From: a virus
Lineage: Duplodnaviria; Caudoviricetes
Length of the DNA: 26,414 bases
Strand: one strand, 5' to 3'
IMG/VR virus record: IMGVR_UViG_3300030372_001516
Span: 1-26,414 of that record
Below the pieces are notes generated by a model. It did no database searches. It had not been told where the DNA came from and saw only the letters and a list, made by a program, of their open reading frames with translations. Shown here piece by piece: positions 1 to 9,926 of this stretch (positions are counted from its first letter, which is position 1; each line of letters begins with the position of its first letter). A program made the translations under genes and the position numbers.

Positions 1-82
1 CTTCAATCTCTCCAAGTATTACTCGGTGTGAAGTACAGCTAGTGAGTATGACCATCATGGTTAGTGTGAGTATCTTTTTCAT
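1..82 (-). CDS. Predicted lipoprotein, runs off window (o-spanin candidate)
   Basis: Hand translation MKKILTLTMMVILTSCTSHRVILGEIE...: basic N-terminus, hydrophobic core, lipobox-like LTSC; overlaps the 3' end of 39..710. Confidence 0.65.
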   Translation of the reverse strand, partial: MKKILTLTMMVILTSCTSHRVILGEIE

Positions 83-710
83 TAATCTTTCTAGATGTTA
101 TAGGTTGATTATTCCATGTCATACTTCTTTTTTCGTTATATTTTTTTTCTTTTGTTCTGTGAAATCCACCGACTTCTTCCCATCTTTTTTTTGCAGCTTG
201 AGAGATAAGACCATCAATAGGGCAAGGAGTGTTTGAGTCCATCATGGCTTTCCATACCTTTTCATCTTGGCACATCAATGCTATCGCTGCGACTTTCATG
301 CCAAGTTTTGCCATAACTGCAACAGACTTTCGTCTTTCGCACTCCTCATCGACCATATATGAGCCAAATGAACCTGAAAAGCCAATGACAGTTATTCCTG
401 CTGCAAGTGGTATAACGCAGCTATCTTGTCCATAAACACTCATACTCGGTGCATTAGAGGGGTTTACTGCTGTTTTAGTATTTGTGCTGTTATTGGTTTC
501 GTTGTTAGTTGTGCTGTTGGAGCTAGAACCTGACTGATAAGTCGTGCTTGATTCGTAAGTATCTATGAGAGTGTTGCTTCCTGTGGAATTTGATTGGCTA
601 TTGGTAGTATCGCCTGTACTAGTTACATCAGATACAGCACTTTCTATACCTAGCAATATAACCATAATGATTAATATGTATATTGCTTGTTTGAATCTCA
701 ACACTTCCAT
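39..710 (-). CDS. Membrane-anchored/exported Cys-rich phage protein, function unknown
   Basis: N-terminal hydrophobic helix, S/T/N-rich linker, then APSM..QDSC...DEECERRK...LGMKVAAIALMCQD...TPCP, a pattern recalled from marine phage hypothetical proteins. Confidence 0.75.
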   Translation of the reverse strand: MEVLRFKQAIYILIIMVILLGIESAVSDVTSTGDTTNSQSNSTGSNTLIDTYESSTTYQSGSSSNSTTNNETNNSTNTKTAVNPSNAPSMSVYGQDSCVIPLAAGITVIGFSGSFGSYMVDEECERRKSVAVMAKLGMKVAAIALMCQDEKVWKAMMDSNTPCPIDGLISQAAKKRWEEVGGFHRTKEKKYNEKRSMTWNNQPITSRKINEKDTHTNHDGHTH

Positions 711-940
711 TTTCTTAGTGCCAATGCCTTTCTAGTTGGCCTACCTTTACTGTCTTTCATTGGGCCTTTCACTCCTGACATTCTTGCGCAGAAACTTGCT
801 CTCCTTTTAGCTGCTTTTGAGCCACGTTTTACTTTGCCTGTAACAGGTCTTTTAAGGTTAGAGCCTTGCGTTCTTTTAAAATACTTTCTACCAGCTTCGT
901 TCAAACCGCCTGTAGGGTTTTGATATTTTTTTGCTACCAT
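698..940 (-). CDS. Small basic phage protein (DUF6321-like)
   Basis: GGLNEAGR...NLKRPV...RRASFCARM...KALALRKWKC motif; TAATG coupling to upstream gene. Confidence 0.8.
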   Translation of the reverse strand: MVAKKYQNPTGGLNEAGRKYFKRTQGSNLKRPVTGKVKRGSKAAKRRASFCARMSGVKGPMKDSKGRPTRKALALRKWKC

Positions 941-1371
941 TATTTTCTCGTGAGTGAGCCACCAAAATATAGTCCGATAATTGAGAATATTGTGTGTGAT
1001 TGTAAGTTTGTAATGTAAATCGTATTGCCCTCTTCAAAATATGATGTTTCGTAGGTTGAGCCAAATATCCACCAACCACTATCTGCCTCTGTTACAATTT
1101 GATATGCAATATTTACATCAGAGAAAATTGGTGCAACTATTGGTACTACAATAATAGAGAATACGCACATCAGGGCAATCCAACGCCTCGTGTGCTTCGT
1201 GTGGGGATCAGAAACTTCTCTAGCTTTATCTGTTTGTTTAGCCGCAAACCCTGCTCTAGCCATCAACATCTTTTGTCGTTCTGCTTCGGCTTGTCCTTTT
1301 TGAGCCATAATGGACATGATGCCACCTAGCACAGTAGACGCTAACATTGATAAAAGCTCCATTGGTATCAT
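940..1371 (-). CDS. Membrane protein, putative holin
   Basis: Hydrophobic segments (N-terminus, TRRWIALMCVFSIIVVPIVAP, C-terminal SIIGLYFG) and position after ejection genes; resembles 3TM holin-type proteins. Confidence 0.55.
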   Translation of the reverse strand: MIPMELLSMLASTVLGGIMSIMAQKGQAEAERQKMLMARAGFAAKQTDKAREVSDPHTKHTRRWIALMCVFSIIVVPIVAPIFSDVNIAYQIVTEADSGWWIFGSTYETSYFEEGNTIYITNLQSHTIFSIIGLYFGGSLTRK

Positions 1372-4046
1372 TAGTCTATCCCCGTATCATAATATTGTTC
1401 TCTCGTTCTGACAGGTTCAGGAACTATACCACCTGTCAAATCAGATGGAATGTCTTGTCCTGCTGATACTAACAATGCTCTTGGTAGGCCTCTAATAATA
1501 TTACCAACATCTATGCTTGTTCTTATGGCTGCTTGTCCGAAAGCATCATTGTAAATAGCGGATAAAAACTCACCTAACTTAGATGAATCACCTCTTACGC
1601 TTTTCCAATAACTCATGCCAACAGGAGATGATATATATTTATTAAATAAATTCAATATGCCTAGTGTTGTTATAAAACCAGGCAAACCCATTATGCCTGC
1701 TCCAATTCCTGCTCCTGCTAGAGGTAATGCTTTTGAAACAGTAACGCTACTAGATAATGCTAGAGGGGCTCTTCTTAATAAAAACTTGCTAACACCAGGT
1801 TTGTCTTGAAAGCCACGAAACATCTCTGCAAAATTAACAACCCTGTCATAATCTACATTTTCAAAAAAGACTCCTTTTGTGTTTTTATCTCTTTTTGCAA
1901 TTTCTGACATAGAGATATCTTTTGTTTTTTTTGCTTGATTAATAAGTTCTTTATAATATGCTCTTTTGGTTGCGTTGGGTGGAAAATAACCAATCGCGCT
2001 TAAAAATCCATTTGGGTCAAACTTTCCTTCATCTCTAACTGTTTTCAAAAGAGTATTGTCGAATACATCTTCTATTTGATTTAATAATAAATCGCCAAAT
2101 TCTTGTTCTGCTTTTTGCACTTCCGAAACATTTACAGTTGTGGGTTTTATTGAAATAACAGCCCCATTCTCATCTAAAACAGGTTTCATGATTCTTATAG
2201 GTATAGATTCCTCTATAAAAATACTTCCATCTTTAGCAGCTTGCTTTCTTCTTTCTGCCAACTTTAATTTTGCAGAGTCTCTCATTATATTTCCTAATTT
2301 TGCAATACCATCTTTAGTTTCTAAAAAATTTGAAACAACAGTTTGTGGAGACACATCTTTAAGATTACCTCTACCTGCTATAGTTTTGAAAGTCTCGCCT
2401 GTCAATCTTCTATACTCATCTCTAAATCCATCATACACAAGAGGATTGTAACTTTTACCTTCAAGCGTTTTTCCTAATGATAATAAAAGCTCGTTATCGG
2501 TTAAAAATTGTTCGTTTTGTTTAAAGATTTCATTCGCCCTTTTGATAGTACCAGACATAATTTCATCTTTGCTTCCAATTTCATCAACAATTTGTTTTCT
2601 TAAAGACTCAACAGCTTGCCTGTTACTTTTTAAATCTCTTGTAAGCGCAGCCCCTTTGAGATCATAAATTCTATTGTCGTAATTAAAATTTTTAGTTTCA
2701 TTGTATAATTCAAGCATTTGTTTACCTGATAAATCAGTAGGTGGTTTTTCTTGTTTGCTAGGTATAACTCGTGTGCCTGTCACTTTTGATGGAGTTGTTT
2801 TAGTAGAAATTAGATTTTTCATAAACTTAGGCAAAGCAGATGAATATTTCATATCCTCTTCGACTAATGTTTTTTTAAGTGTTTCGTTGAGCCTTAAAAT
2901 TCCTTTTTGTATATTTGTAGTATCGAACCTCATGTTGGTTTCTTTTGTTAATTTTTCAAAATCCTTGTACTCTTTATTGTATCTAGCAAAATTATCATCT
3001 GATATTTTAATTAGATTTGCGTAGGTAACCATTGGCAAAGAATCATAAACTTTTTCCATATTTTTAATTCTTTCAGGGTTTCTTATGTAATCACCTCTTA
3101 TATCTTTTATAAACGCATCACCATTTGTAAAAGCTGCACGATCATTTATGTTTTTACCCGAACCTTTTACTAGAGGGGTTTGTATAGAACTTAAAGCATC
3201 ATCTAATGTGTTTTGAAATGATTTTACGCCATAAAAACTTGCCATAGGCACTATTTGAGTTGCATCTGAAAAACCTCTTTTCGCTTCACCAATAGTTCCT
3301 GATCCCGCTAGGACTTGATATCTTGTAGGTGTCATACCTTCGGCTTCTTGATTCTTTCTTCTATTGTCAATAATTTTTTGTGTTCTTGCTTTTTCTGATG
3401 ATATTTTTTTTCCTATTTCTGTTTCACCTGTTTTTCCTTTAGAAAATTTTTCTATGTATTTTCTTTGTTGTTCAGGTGTAAGTTTGTCTCTCAAAGATTT
3501 TAGACTACCGATTACTTTCTTACCCTGTTGAGCAGTTACATTTTTTGCTAGTTGCACTCCCTTGCCGCCAAACACCAAAGTTTTATCTATCCCATAAGAC
3601 AAAGAAGCATCTATACCTGCTTGTTTGAGAGCATCATTCAAAATTGCGTTGTTGGGTTTTACAACCTGACCCTCATCGGCAGTTAATTTATTAATAGCAT
3701 CAAAGCCTGCTTGTCCTAGACCTGAAGCTACACCAAATCCTACTGAACCGTAAAGTTGTGGAGTTCCTCTTCTTAAACCTATGCCTGCTCCCACAATATA
3801 TCCTAAAGTTCCGAGTCCTATTTCTAAAATAGGTTCTAAGACAGCAGGTGCACCTCCTTGAAATTGGTCAGGGCTTATGACATTGGTTTCTATACCAATT
3901 TTTCTAATTTGTTCATAATATTGCTCTTTAGATATTTTGCCCTCATTAACTAAAATCTTGCCACGATTTTTTTGTAGTTCAAAATAATTTTCTGCGTCTC
4001 TTTGTGCAAGGGCAAGTTCTGCTGCTGATGGTTTTTTTTCAGACAT
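1371..4046 (-). CDS. Large internal virion (ejection) protein, 891 aa
   Basis: Size, position at end of tail module, Gly/Ala-rich hydrophobic patches near both termini; no catalytic motif recognised. Confidence 0.6.
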   Translation of the reverse strand: MSEKKPSAAELALAQRDAENYFELQKNRGKILVNEGKISKEQYYEQIRKIGIETNVISPDQFQGGAPAVLEPILEIGLGTLGYIVGAGIGLRRGTPQLYGSVGFGVASGLGQAGFDAINKLTADEGQVVKPNNAILNDALKQAGIDASLSYGIDKTLVFGGKGVQLAKNVTAQQGKKVIGSLKSLRDKLTPEQQRKYIEKFSKGKTGETEIGKKISSEKARTQKIIDNRRKNQEAEGMTPTRYQVLAGSGTIGEAKRGFSDATQIVPMASFYGVKSFQNTLDDALSSIQTPLVKGSGKNINDRAAFTNGDAFIKDIRGDYIRNPERIKNMEKVYDSLPMVTYANLIKISDDNFARYNKEYKDFEKLTKETNMRFDTTNIQKGILRLNETLKKTLVEEDMKYSSALPKFMKNLISTKTTPSKVTGTRVIPSKQEKPPTDLSGKQMLELYNETKNFNYDNRIYDLKGAALTRDLKSNRQAVESLRKQIVDEIGSKDEIMSGTIKRANEIFKQNEQFLTDNELLLSLGKTLEGKSYNPLVYDGFRDEYRRLTGETFKTIAGRGNLKDVSPQTVVSNFLETKDGIAKLGNIMRDSAKLKLAERRKQAAKDGSIFIEESIPIRIMKPVLDENGAVISIKPTTVNVSEVQKAEQEFGDLLLNQIEDVFDNTLLKTVRDEGKFDPNGFLSAIGYFPPNATKRAYYKELINQAKKTKDISMSEIAKRDKNTKGVFFENVDYDRVVNFAEMFRGFQDKPGVSKFLLRRAPLALSSSVTVSKALPLAGAGIGAGIMGLPGFITTLGILNLFNKYISSPVGMSYWKSVRGDSSKLGEFLSAIYNDAFGQAAIRTSIDVGNIIRGLPRALLVSAGQDIPSDLTGGIVPEPVRTREQYYDTGID

Positions 4047-4048
4047 TT

Positions 4049-4930
4049 TTATGGTCTCCCATTCATAAATTTATCTAACATTTCTTGTGTTGTTTCGTTA
4101 GTTCTTCTAGTTGTGTCAAAATCAGTAGATGTTGTAGGCCCTTGCCCTATTCCTTTTGCGAGTGCACTAGTAATACCTTTCAACCTATCTACATAATATT
4201 GTTGATCTGCGATAGCAGCTTGTATTTTATAAATTTTTGTATTTTCACCTCTAGCAATAGCTTGTTCTAAAAGTTTTTTGTTTTTAGCCACTTGACTTTC
4301 AAATCTACCTTGTAAAGTTTCGTATTTCCTTAACGCATTTGCCTCTGTAGTAAATCCATCAACCAAAGATCCAGATGGTGTTGGTAACTCGCTTTCTGAT
4401 AATTGTAAATAATAAACAGATGGTCTACCTGTAACTTCAGATGCAGAACCTTTTAATAAATCTCTGTTAAAACCTTGTATATTCGTTACTGCAATATTTG
4501 TTTCTGGAAAAACCTCAGGTATGACACCACCAAACAATCTTGATAAACCACCTAGATAGTTTGCAAGTGTATCACCAAAACCAAATGCTTGTGTGCTCAA
4601 ATCATCTGCTAGTACATTTCTGTCAGTAACAGGTCTTTCAATAGGTTCTTCAGACATATTCATTTGTTTTCTCATTTGCTGTAATTCGAGTGCTTTTATC
4701 TGTTGATCTAGGTCAGGTGTTAAACTTTGACTAAACTGTGTTGCTGCTGTAATGCCACGACCTAGTTGTGATGCAAAGTTCTCACCAGCTTGTCTTGGTT
4801 TGAGTAACTCCAAACTTCCTCTAAGGATCGCTGCATCTATAAGTTGTTTATTTGTAACTTGCTCATTCATAGCTTGAGGCATTATCAGATTGCCGAGCAA
4901 ACCTTTTAATCCTTCGTTTCCATTAGCCAC
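4049..4930 (-). CDS. Putative internal virion/ejection protein
   Basis: Helical Q/A/G-rich protein with N-terminal GLKGLLG; syntenic with podovirus DNA-transfer genes. Confidence 0.55.
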   Translation of the reverse strand: MANGNEGLKGLLGNLIMPQAMNEQVTNKQLIDAAILRGSLELLKPRQAGENFASQLGRGITAATQFSQSLTPDLDQQIKALELQQMRKQMNMSEEPIERPVTDRNVLADDLSTQAFGFGDTLANYLGGLSRLFGGVIPEVFPETNIAVTNIQGFNRDLLKGSASEVTGRPSVYYLQLSESELPTPSGSLVDGFTTEANALRKYETLQGRFESQVAKNKKLLEQAIARGENTKIYKIQAAIADQQYYVDRLKGITSALAKGIGQGPTTSTDFDTTRRTNETTQEMLDKFMNGRP

Positions 4931-5480
4931 TTAATACACCTCCGTAAAATCTAGTCATGCTTTGTAGTGGTATTTGTTGTCCACGCATAAATGCTCCTTG
5001 TATATTAGCAGGAGGCATTGGTTGTTGTGGGTTCTCATTTAATAATCCTGATAAAGCTGCTTGCAAAAGCGCAGGATTCATTCCCGACTCTGCTACTTCG
5101 TTTTCCATTTGTTGATCTGTAGGTAGAGTGTTTGTAGGTAAAGTATTAGTCCTATCAACACTTGTTATTTGTTCTCCGTCTACCATGCTCGTTGTTTGTG
5201 TCGGCATACCGAAAGCATTTCTAAATCTATTCATAAGATTAAAGTTTTGTTCGGGTTGCATAGGAGCAGTTTGCTCACCTAACACATTAGATAGATTAGA
5301 CATTATTTCTGAACTTATCAGAGGATTCGGAACATTAAAAGGGTTAGGATTCATTGGTGGTCTTACGCCAAATAAAGCATCTAAAAAAGTTATTGGTTTG
5401 CCATCAGGCCCTATTTGACCTACTATCGGCTGATTGTTTAAGGGCTGTGATAACCTGCCCATTTGATTAATATTTATCAT
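4923..5480 (-). CDS. Low-complexity P/Q/N/M-rich putative internal virion protein
   Basis: ORF in the ejection cluster; ends MTRFYGGVLSG. Confidence 0.55.
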   Translation of the reverse strand: MININQMGRLSQPLNNQPIVGQIGPDGKPITFLDALFGVRPPMNPNPFNVPNPLISSEIMSNLSNVLGEQTAPMQPEQNFNLMNRFRNAFGMPTQTTSMVDGEQITSVDRTNTLPTNTLPTDQQMENEVAESGMNPALLQAALSGLLNENPQQPMPPANIQGAFMRGQQIPLQSMTRFYGGVLSG

Positions 5481-5735
5481 TTAAAGGATACCTCCATAAA
5501 ATCTATTCATGCCTAAAGATTGTGCTGGACTTGCTTGTAACAAACCGCTTAATGGATTGTTTGATGAAGCAAGCATATTTAGTGCGTTATTTGGTGGATT
5601 TATGAGCCTATTTACTTGTCCGAATAAACTATTGCCTAATATTGATGGCATAATTCCAGGTATTTGACCTTGTAAAGCATCAAAAGCCATCATTGACGGA
5701 ACAACACCTGCTCCTAATCCTAATAGTCCTAACAT
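5481..5735 (-). CDS. Small G/L/N-rich putative internal virion protein
   Basis: AGGAGA RBS upstream; ends MNRFYGGIL. Confidence 0.55.
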   Translation of the reverse strand: MLGLLGLGAGVVPSMMAFDALQGQIPGIMPSILGNSLFGQVNRLINPPNNALNMLASSNNPLSGLLQASPAQSLGMNRFYGGIL

Positions 5736-5745
5736 ATTTTTTCTC

Positions 5746-6693
5746 CTATTTTGATAATATACCGCCTAATATTGCTGCACCTGCAACGTATGGGTTAATA
5801 CCAGCTAATGCTGCTGTTCCAGCACCAAGTTGCGTTGGCCCTACGTTCGACATAAATAAACTCGGCAACATTTTACCTAAAGTAGCCCCTTTAGGTGCTA
5901 ATACACTTGCTAATCCTGCTGCTCCAGCAGCTCCTGCTAGACCACCTGGACCACTTGATTCAGCTCCTTCGGTTGTAGTTGTGCTACCAAACATATTGCC
6001 ACCTACTCTGTTCATGTATTGGTCGAGTAAATTAGATGGTGCTTCTTGTTCAAAAGCAAATCTTCTTATAGCTTCATCAATACCTTTTTGAGTTTGTGCC
6101 TCTCTTTGTGCGCCTATGTTTGCAATCGTTTGTGATGGTGCTAAGAATGAACTCATAATTGTTGGTGATAAACCTAATGTTACTGATTGTGATCTAAGAG
6201 CATCTCCATAAATATTACCTAAAAATTTATTAGCAAAATCGCTTTGTTGTTGCCCTAGATTTTTTATAATTTCTGATTGTAATACTTCTTGTCTTGACCC
6301 ACCAAGTTGCCCGCTTCTTGTTGCATCTCGTCTTGCTTGTTGCAATAGTCTTGATGCTGCATCTTCCATTGGTCTAAAGTTTGCAGCTAAAACACCCTGT
6401 AAAGCTGGGTCAGCTAATCTTTGCGTAGGCGACATTAACGCACTTTGAAATGCAGGAAATAAAGAACCAGCTAATGTAGTTTGTTGTCCGAGCGCAGCTA
6501 ACCTTGCAAGTTCTTGTGCTTGTTGCGTTTCATCGCTTGGCAAAGCAAAAGTTCTGTCAGGGAAAAACTGTTGTGGCCCTTGTTGATATAAGTCTTGCGA
6601 TCTTTGTAAAGCATCAGCTATAAAAGGCGCTTGAAGTTGAGATGGCTCTACTCTTTGGACTTGTTGCCCACCGCCACTACCTCCTAAACTCAT
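5746..6693 (-). CDS. Internal virion/DNA transfer protein (analogous to P22 gp7 / T7 gp14 position)
   Basis: Gly-rich N-terminus (GGSGGG), Q/A-rich core with GQLGGSRQ motif, Gly/Ala hydrophobic C-terminus; follows the GNAT-like gene; AGGAGA RBS. Confidence 0.65.
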   Translation of the reverse strand: MSLGGSGGGQQVQRVEPSQLQAPFIADALQRSQDLYQQGPQQFFPDRTFALPSDETQQAQELARLAALGQQTTLAGSLFPAFQSALMSPTQRLADPALQGVLAANFRPMEDAASRLLQQARRDATRSGQLGGSRQEVLQSEIIKNLGQQQSDFANKFLGNIYGDALRSQSVTLGLSPTIMSSFLAPSQTIANIGAQREAQTQKGIDEAIRRFAFEQEAPSNLLDQYMNRVGGNMFGSTTTTEGAESSGPGGLAGAAGAAGLASVLAPKGATLGKMLPSLFMSNVGPTQLGAGTAALAGINPYVAGAAILGGILSK

Positions 6694-6705
6694 AATATTT
6701 CTCCT

Positions 6706-7131
6706 TTAATGTTTTCTTGATAATTCTTTTCCAACAACGCTATATGTTTGTTCATAACCAAAGTTCTCCAGTTTTTTAATAAATCCTTTACGACAAAATG
6801 TTTCCATAGCCTTGCAATCATTGTATATCGCCCAGTCCTCTATTTTGTCTATGTGATTAATCCATTCATTCAAATCTTCACCGCCTAGCGTAACTATTCT
6901 GCAAACTTTTTTTGCAGGATAATTTACGATTTCAGTAGTAACTGCTGCTCGTATATTGATTTCTTCGTCAAATATAACCCACAGTTGCATTTTTGCTTGT
7001 TTACAAAATCTATAAATATCTTCTACTGTCATTTCTTGTCTGCCTTTATCAGCAGCTAAAATAATGTATTCCTCGCATACATTCCAAAACTCATCTATTT
7101 GATTTGAGGGTATGCCTGTTATTTTCATCAT
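6706..7131 (-). CDS. GNAT-fold-like virion assembly protein
   Basis: LWV...AAVTTEI..YP.KK.CRIV.LGG...W...IE.WA....C...E...RKG..K.L..FGY pattern; position between tail and ejection genes as for T7 gp13 / P22 gp14. Confidence 0.6.
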   Translation of the reverse strand: MMKITGIPSNQIDEFWNVCEEYIILAADKGRQEMTVEDIYRFCKQAKMQLWVIFDEEINIRAAVTTEIVNYPAKKVCRIVTLGGEDLNEWINHIDKIEDWAIYNDCKAMETFCRKGFIKKLENFGYEQTYSVVGKELSRKH

Positions 7132-7385
7132 AGTTTTGTGTAGTTACCTGCTGCATTTACAAAATAAATGCCTTCACCACTACCAGGGTCAAAGTTTGTG
7201 CCATCAGCGTAAACAATATCTCCTTGTTTCTTCCTGCCTGGTGTCGTGTTTTTAACCTCAATAAAAGTTGTAGGTGTTTCCTCTAATGCTCCTTGTAATC
7301 TTATAAGCTCATCAAAGATATATTTAGGTAAATCTTCAGGGTTATCAGGTACAGGATTAGGTGTATATCTTGGTGCTTGTGCCAT
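7128..7385 (-). CDS. Conserved small tail-associated protein
   Basis: YTPNPVP...YIFDEL...GDIVYADGTNFDPGSGEGIY; TAATG and ATGA coupling on both sides. Confidence 0.65.
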   Translation of the reverse strand: MAQAPRYTPNPVPDNPEDLPKYIFDELIRLQGALEETPTTFIEVKNTTPGRKKQGDIVYADGTNFDPGSGEGIYFVNAAGNYTKL

Positions 7386-8923
7386 TATCTCTCTCCTGCT
7401 ACCTCGTATTCTATATCGTAGCCATTAAGCTCGAAAGTAGTTGCAGATGTATGTTGAAACTTGATTGCAATAAACTTACCTGATGTTCTTGCATCTACTT
7501 TGTTTTGACTTGCTGGGTTTATCTCTTGTGGAGATGAATAAGTTACTGTGCCATCAGGAGACATTGAACTACCTATAAAAATCTGTGCTGAACCTGTGCC
7601 TGTAATCTTGGGTGTGATCTTTCTAATTTGTTTAACTGTATTGGTATTGCCGTCAAGTGTAAGCCCTTTTCTCTCCAACAACATAGTAAAATTACTGCCA
7701 TCGAAGTCAAAGCCATTATCGCCTCTAAAAAACTTTCTATCTGTAGTGCCAGCCATCAGTATACTTACCTCTGATGGATTAAAAAACCTCTGACCCCAAC
7801 TTGAAGATGTTGAGTAGTTATCCCAGCTTTGTGATTGTCCTGACCATACAGCCGAAGGTGTTCCAGGATTTACAATACCTGTAGCAATATGTAATACATT
7901 AGGTAAATCTCTAAAACTAAAAGCATTTCTCCTGTAGTTCCAAACCAACGCTTTATTGCAGTTTGTAGAGCCAACAGTTGGATAACAAGTCCATATTTCA
8001 TTCTTTTGTTTGTTGTGTAATACAAATATATTCTTAAAATTAGTGCTATCAAGATCATCAAACAAGGCTCTCTTTACAACGCTTGTAGCAACAGACTCTT
8101 TTTTAACACCATTGTGGACAATTAAATCACCTTCAACTACTACAAAATGTTTGCCCTCGAACTCTACTGCACAGTTTCTTGATAATATTCCTGTATCGTT
8201 AAATAGTTTTTGGAAACTAAATACAAGGTTTCCGCCAATATAGTTCATCAGCCATGTGCTTCTTTCTTTGTAAATAATAAATGTATTTTTAAGCTGAAAG
8301 CCATCTACGATAAAATCACCCTCATCTCCAATGGTGTTTGTACCAGCGTCATTAGTTGCACCTGCAACCCAAGTGCTAGGTATAGAAATTGAGGTATCAG
8401 ACCACCTTACTTTGTTCGGTAGGTTTGTGCCTGATTCTGTCATATTCAAAGCAAGTAAATAATTACCATAAGCCCTCATAGACTTACAGGTTGTGCTTGC
8501 AGGCCAGTTTGTTAAATCTATAAACTTCGATGTAGAAGTGTCATAAAGTTGTGGGTCATCAACTCCATTATTGAGTATTGGATTACCATTAAATATTGTT
8601 CCCACCCAATTACCAACTCCTGTTAGATTCGTTGAATAATCACCGCCCGATGCTCTAGTTACATCAACATTATTTGTTCCGTCTGTTCTAAATATTTTAG
8701 CTGTACCTGCATAAAACCAAAAACTTGTGCTTCCTGTGAGATTGATTAAAAAATAAGGGTCAATAGAAGGTGCTGTAAAAACACTATCGTGTCCTAGTAT
8801 TTTTTTTGCAGCGTTATCTTCAAATCTTGCGTTCTCTGTATGAGTGAAAAACTCATTTGGTAAACCTGTAGGGTTTACATCTTTTACCATCCCTTGAGGT
8901 ACGCCCACTTGAAATGTTGGCAT
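7385..8923 (-). CDS. Tail nozzle / tail tubular B-like protein (functional analogue of P22 gp10)
   Basis: Beta-rich ~512 aa with VRWSD and GILSRNC motifs; likely true start is ATG at 8923 (TAATG overlap) rather than 8941. Confidence 0.75.
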   Translation of the reverse strand: MPTFQVGVPQGMVKDVNPTGLPNEFFTHTENARFEDNAAKKILGHDSVFTAPSIDPYFLINLTGSTSFWFYAGTAKIFRTDGTNNVDVTRASGGDYSTNLTGVGNWVGTIFNGNPILNNGVDDPQLYDTSTSKFIDLTNWPASTTCKSMRAYGNYLLALNMTESGTNLPNKVRWSDTSISIPSTWVAGATNDAGTNTIGDEGDFIVDGFQLKNTFIIYKERSTWLMNYIGGNLVFSFQKLFNDTGILSRNCAVEFEGKHFVVVEGDLIVHNGVKKESVATSVVKRALFDDLDSTNFKNIFVLHNKQKNEIWTCYPTVGSTNCNKALVWNYRRNAFSFRDLPNVLHIATGIVNPGTPSAVWSGQSQSWDNYSTSSSWGQRFFNPSEVSILMAGTTDRKFFRGDNGFDFDGSNFTMLLERKGLTLDGNTNTVKQIRKITPKITGTGSAQIFIGSSMSPDGTVTYSSPQEINPASQNKVDARTSGKFIAIKFQHTSATTFELNGYDIEYEVAGER

Positions 8924-9639
8924 TAAGCTGTCCTCTTCCACATATATACTGTGATATATGGTTGTAATAGGCTAAAAGCAGAAGTGCTACCAGTTGAGCC
9001 TGTATTTACATTTGTAGTTGAAGTTGTATTACCTTGTGAAATACCGCCAGCGTCTGTATCAGATGTCGATGCTGCTATTGTGTGAGTATGTGCAGGCAAC
9101 TCTGATAAACTCAATGTTTTAGTTTTAGAGCCACCAGTTTCTTCTGAGGCATCAAAATCACTATCTGTAGAATCAAAACCTACCATTACTCGACCTGCTG
9201 CAAAAGCTGACCAAGTACCAAAACCTAACAATGTTGCAGGGTTCGATGAGTTTGTTGCATTTATATAAATAGAACCTACTGGGTAAACTGCTTGTAGTGT
9301 GGTTGCAGTATCTGATCCAATCGTAATTGTGCCTGATACTGTAAGGTTTCTAATACCTGTAATATCTTTGTTTGCATCAACAACTAACGCTTTTGAGGCT
9401 TCTGCTGTTCCAAGTGTTGTAATATCAACATAGTTTAACTCAGTCGTATTTGCAGTTACCCCATCTAATAAATTCAATTCTGTATGTGTAGATGTAACAG
9501 CACCTGACAATGACGGAAATGTAGCTTTAACAGTAGATTTTATTAATCTAATGTGGTCATCACCTTCATTAACAGGGTCTCCTGCGCCTGGATTTGAACT
9601 ATTCAGACTGTCTATAAATGTACCTGTTTCTAATCCCAT
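8923..9639 (-). CDS. Short tail fibre/spike with T4 gp10 C-terminal-like domain
   Basis: N-terminal NP...D.V.EGDDHIRLIK anchor; YPVGSIY...NPATLLGFGTW...GRVMVG...TGG...ELPAHTH...LQPYITVYMWKRTA. Confidence 0.8.
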   Translation of the reverse strand: MGLETGTFIDSLNSSNPGAGDPVNEGDDHIRLIKSTVKATFPSLSGAVTSTHTELNLLDGVTANTTELNYVDITTLGTAEASKALVVDANKDITGIRNLTVSGTITIGSDTATTLQAVYPVGSIYINATNSSNPATLLGFGTWSAFAAGRVMVGFDSTDSDFDASEETGGSKTKTLSLSELPAHTHTIAASTSDTDAGGISQGNTTSTTNVNTGSTGSTSAFSLLQPYITVYMWKRTA

Positions 9640-9650
9640 TTAATTTTCTC

Positions 9651-9926
9651 CTAACTCTTAGGGTTGTTATCTTTAACTGATTTTATATGTAAATACCAAG
9701 AACCAGTTTTAGCATCATCACCAAGTTTGCCTGAGTCGATATCTTTAAAAAGCATGTCTAGTTGATTTGGTAAAGAATCATAAGAATTGCTTCCAGTATC
9801 GCCAGTTCTGCCTAGAATATAAGCATTGTCTATATACCATTGTTTGGTTGCTTGTATATCAGATAAAGTTTTGGCATCTTCATCTCTAGTTGTAATTGTT
9901 CCTTTGTTATCTACTATTGCGACCAT
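9651..9926 (-). CDS. Putative tail fibre assembly chaperone
   Basis: Directly after fibre gene; Y.SL.NQLDML...W...IKSVKDNNPK motif typical of fibre-associated small proteins in marine phages. Confidence 0.6.
   Translation of the reverse strand: MVAIVDNKGTITTRDEDAKTLSDIQATKQWYIDNAYILGRTGDTGSNSYDSLPNQLDMLFKDIDSGKLGDDAKTGSWYLHIKSVKDNNPKS

Noticed and set aside
8924-8941. Upstream start for the tail nozzle ORF at 8941
   Set aside because: Lies within the upstream gene; the TAATG-coupled ATG at 8923 is more plausible
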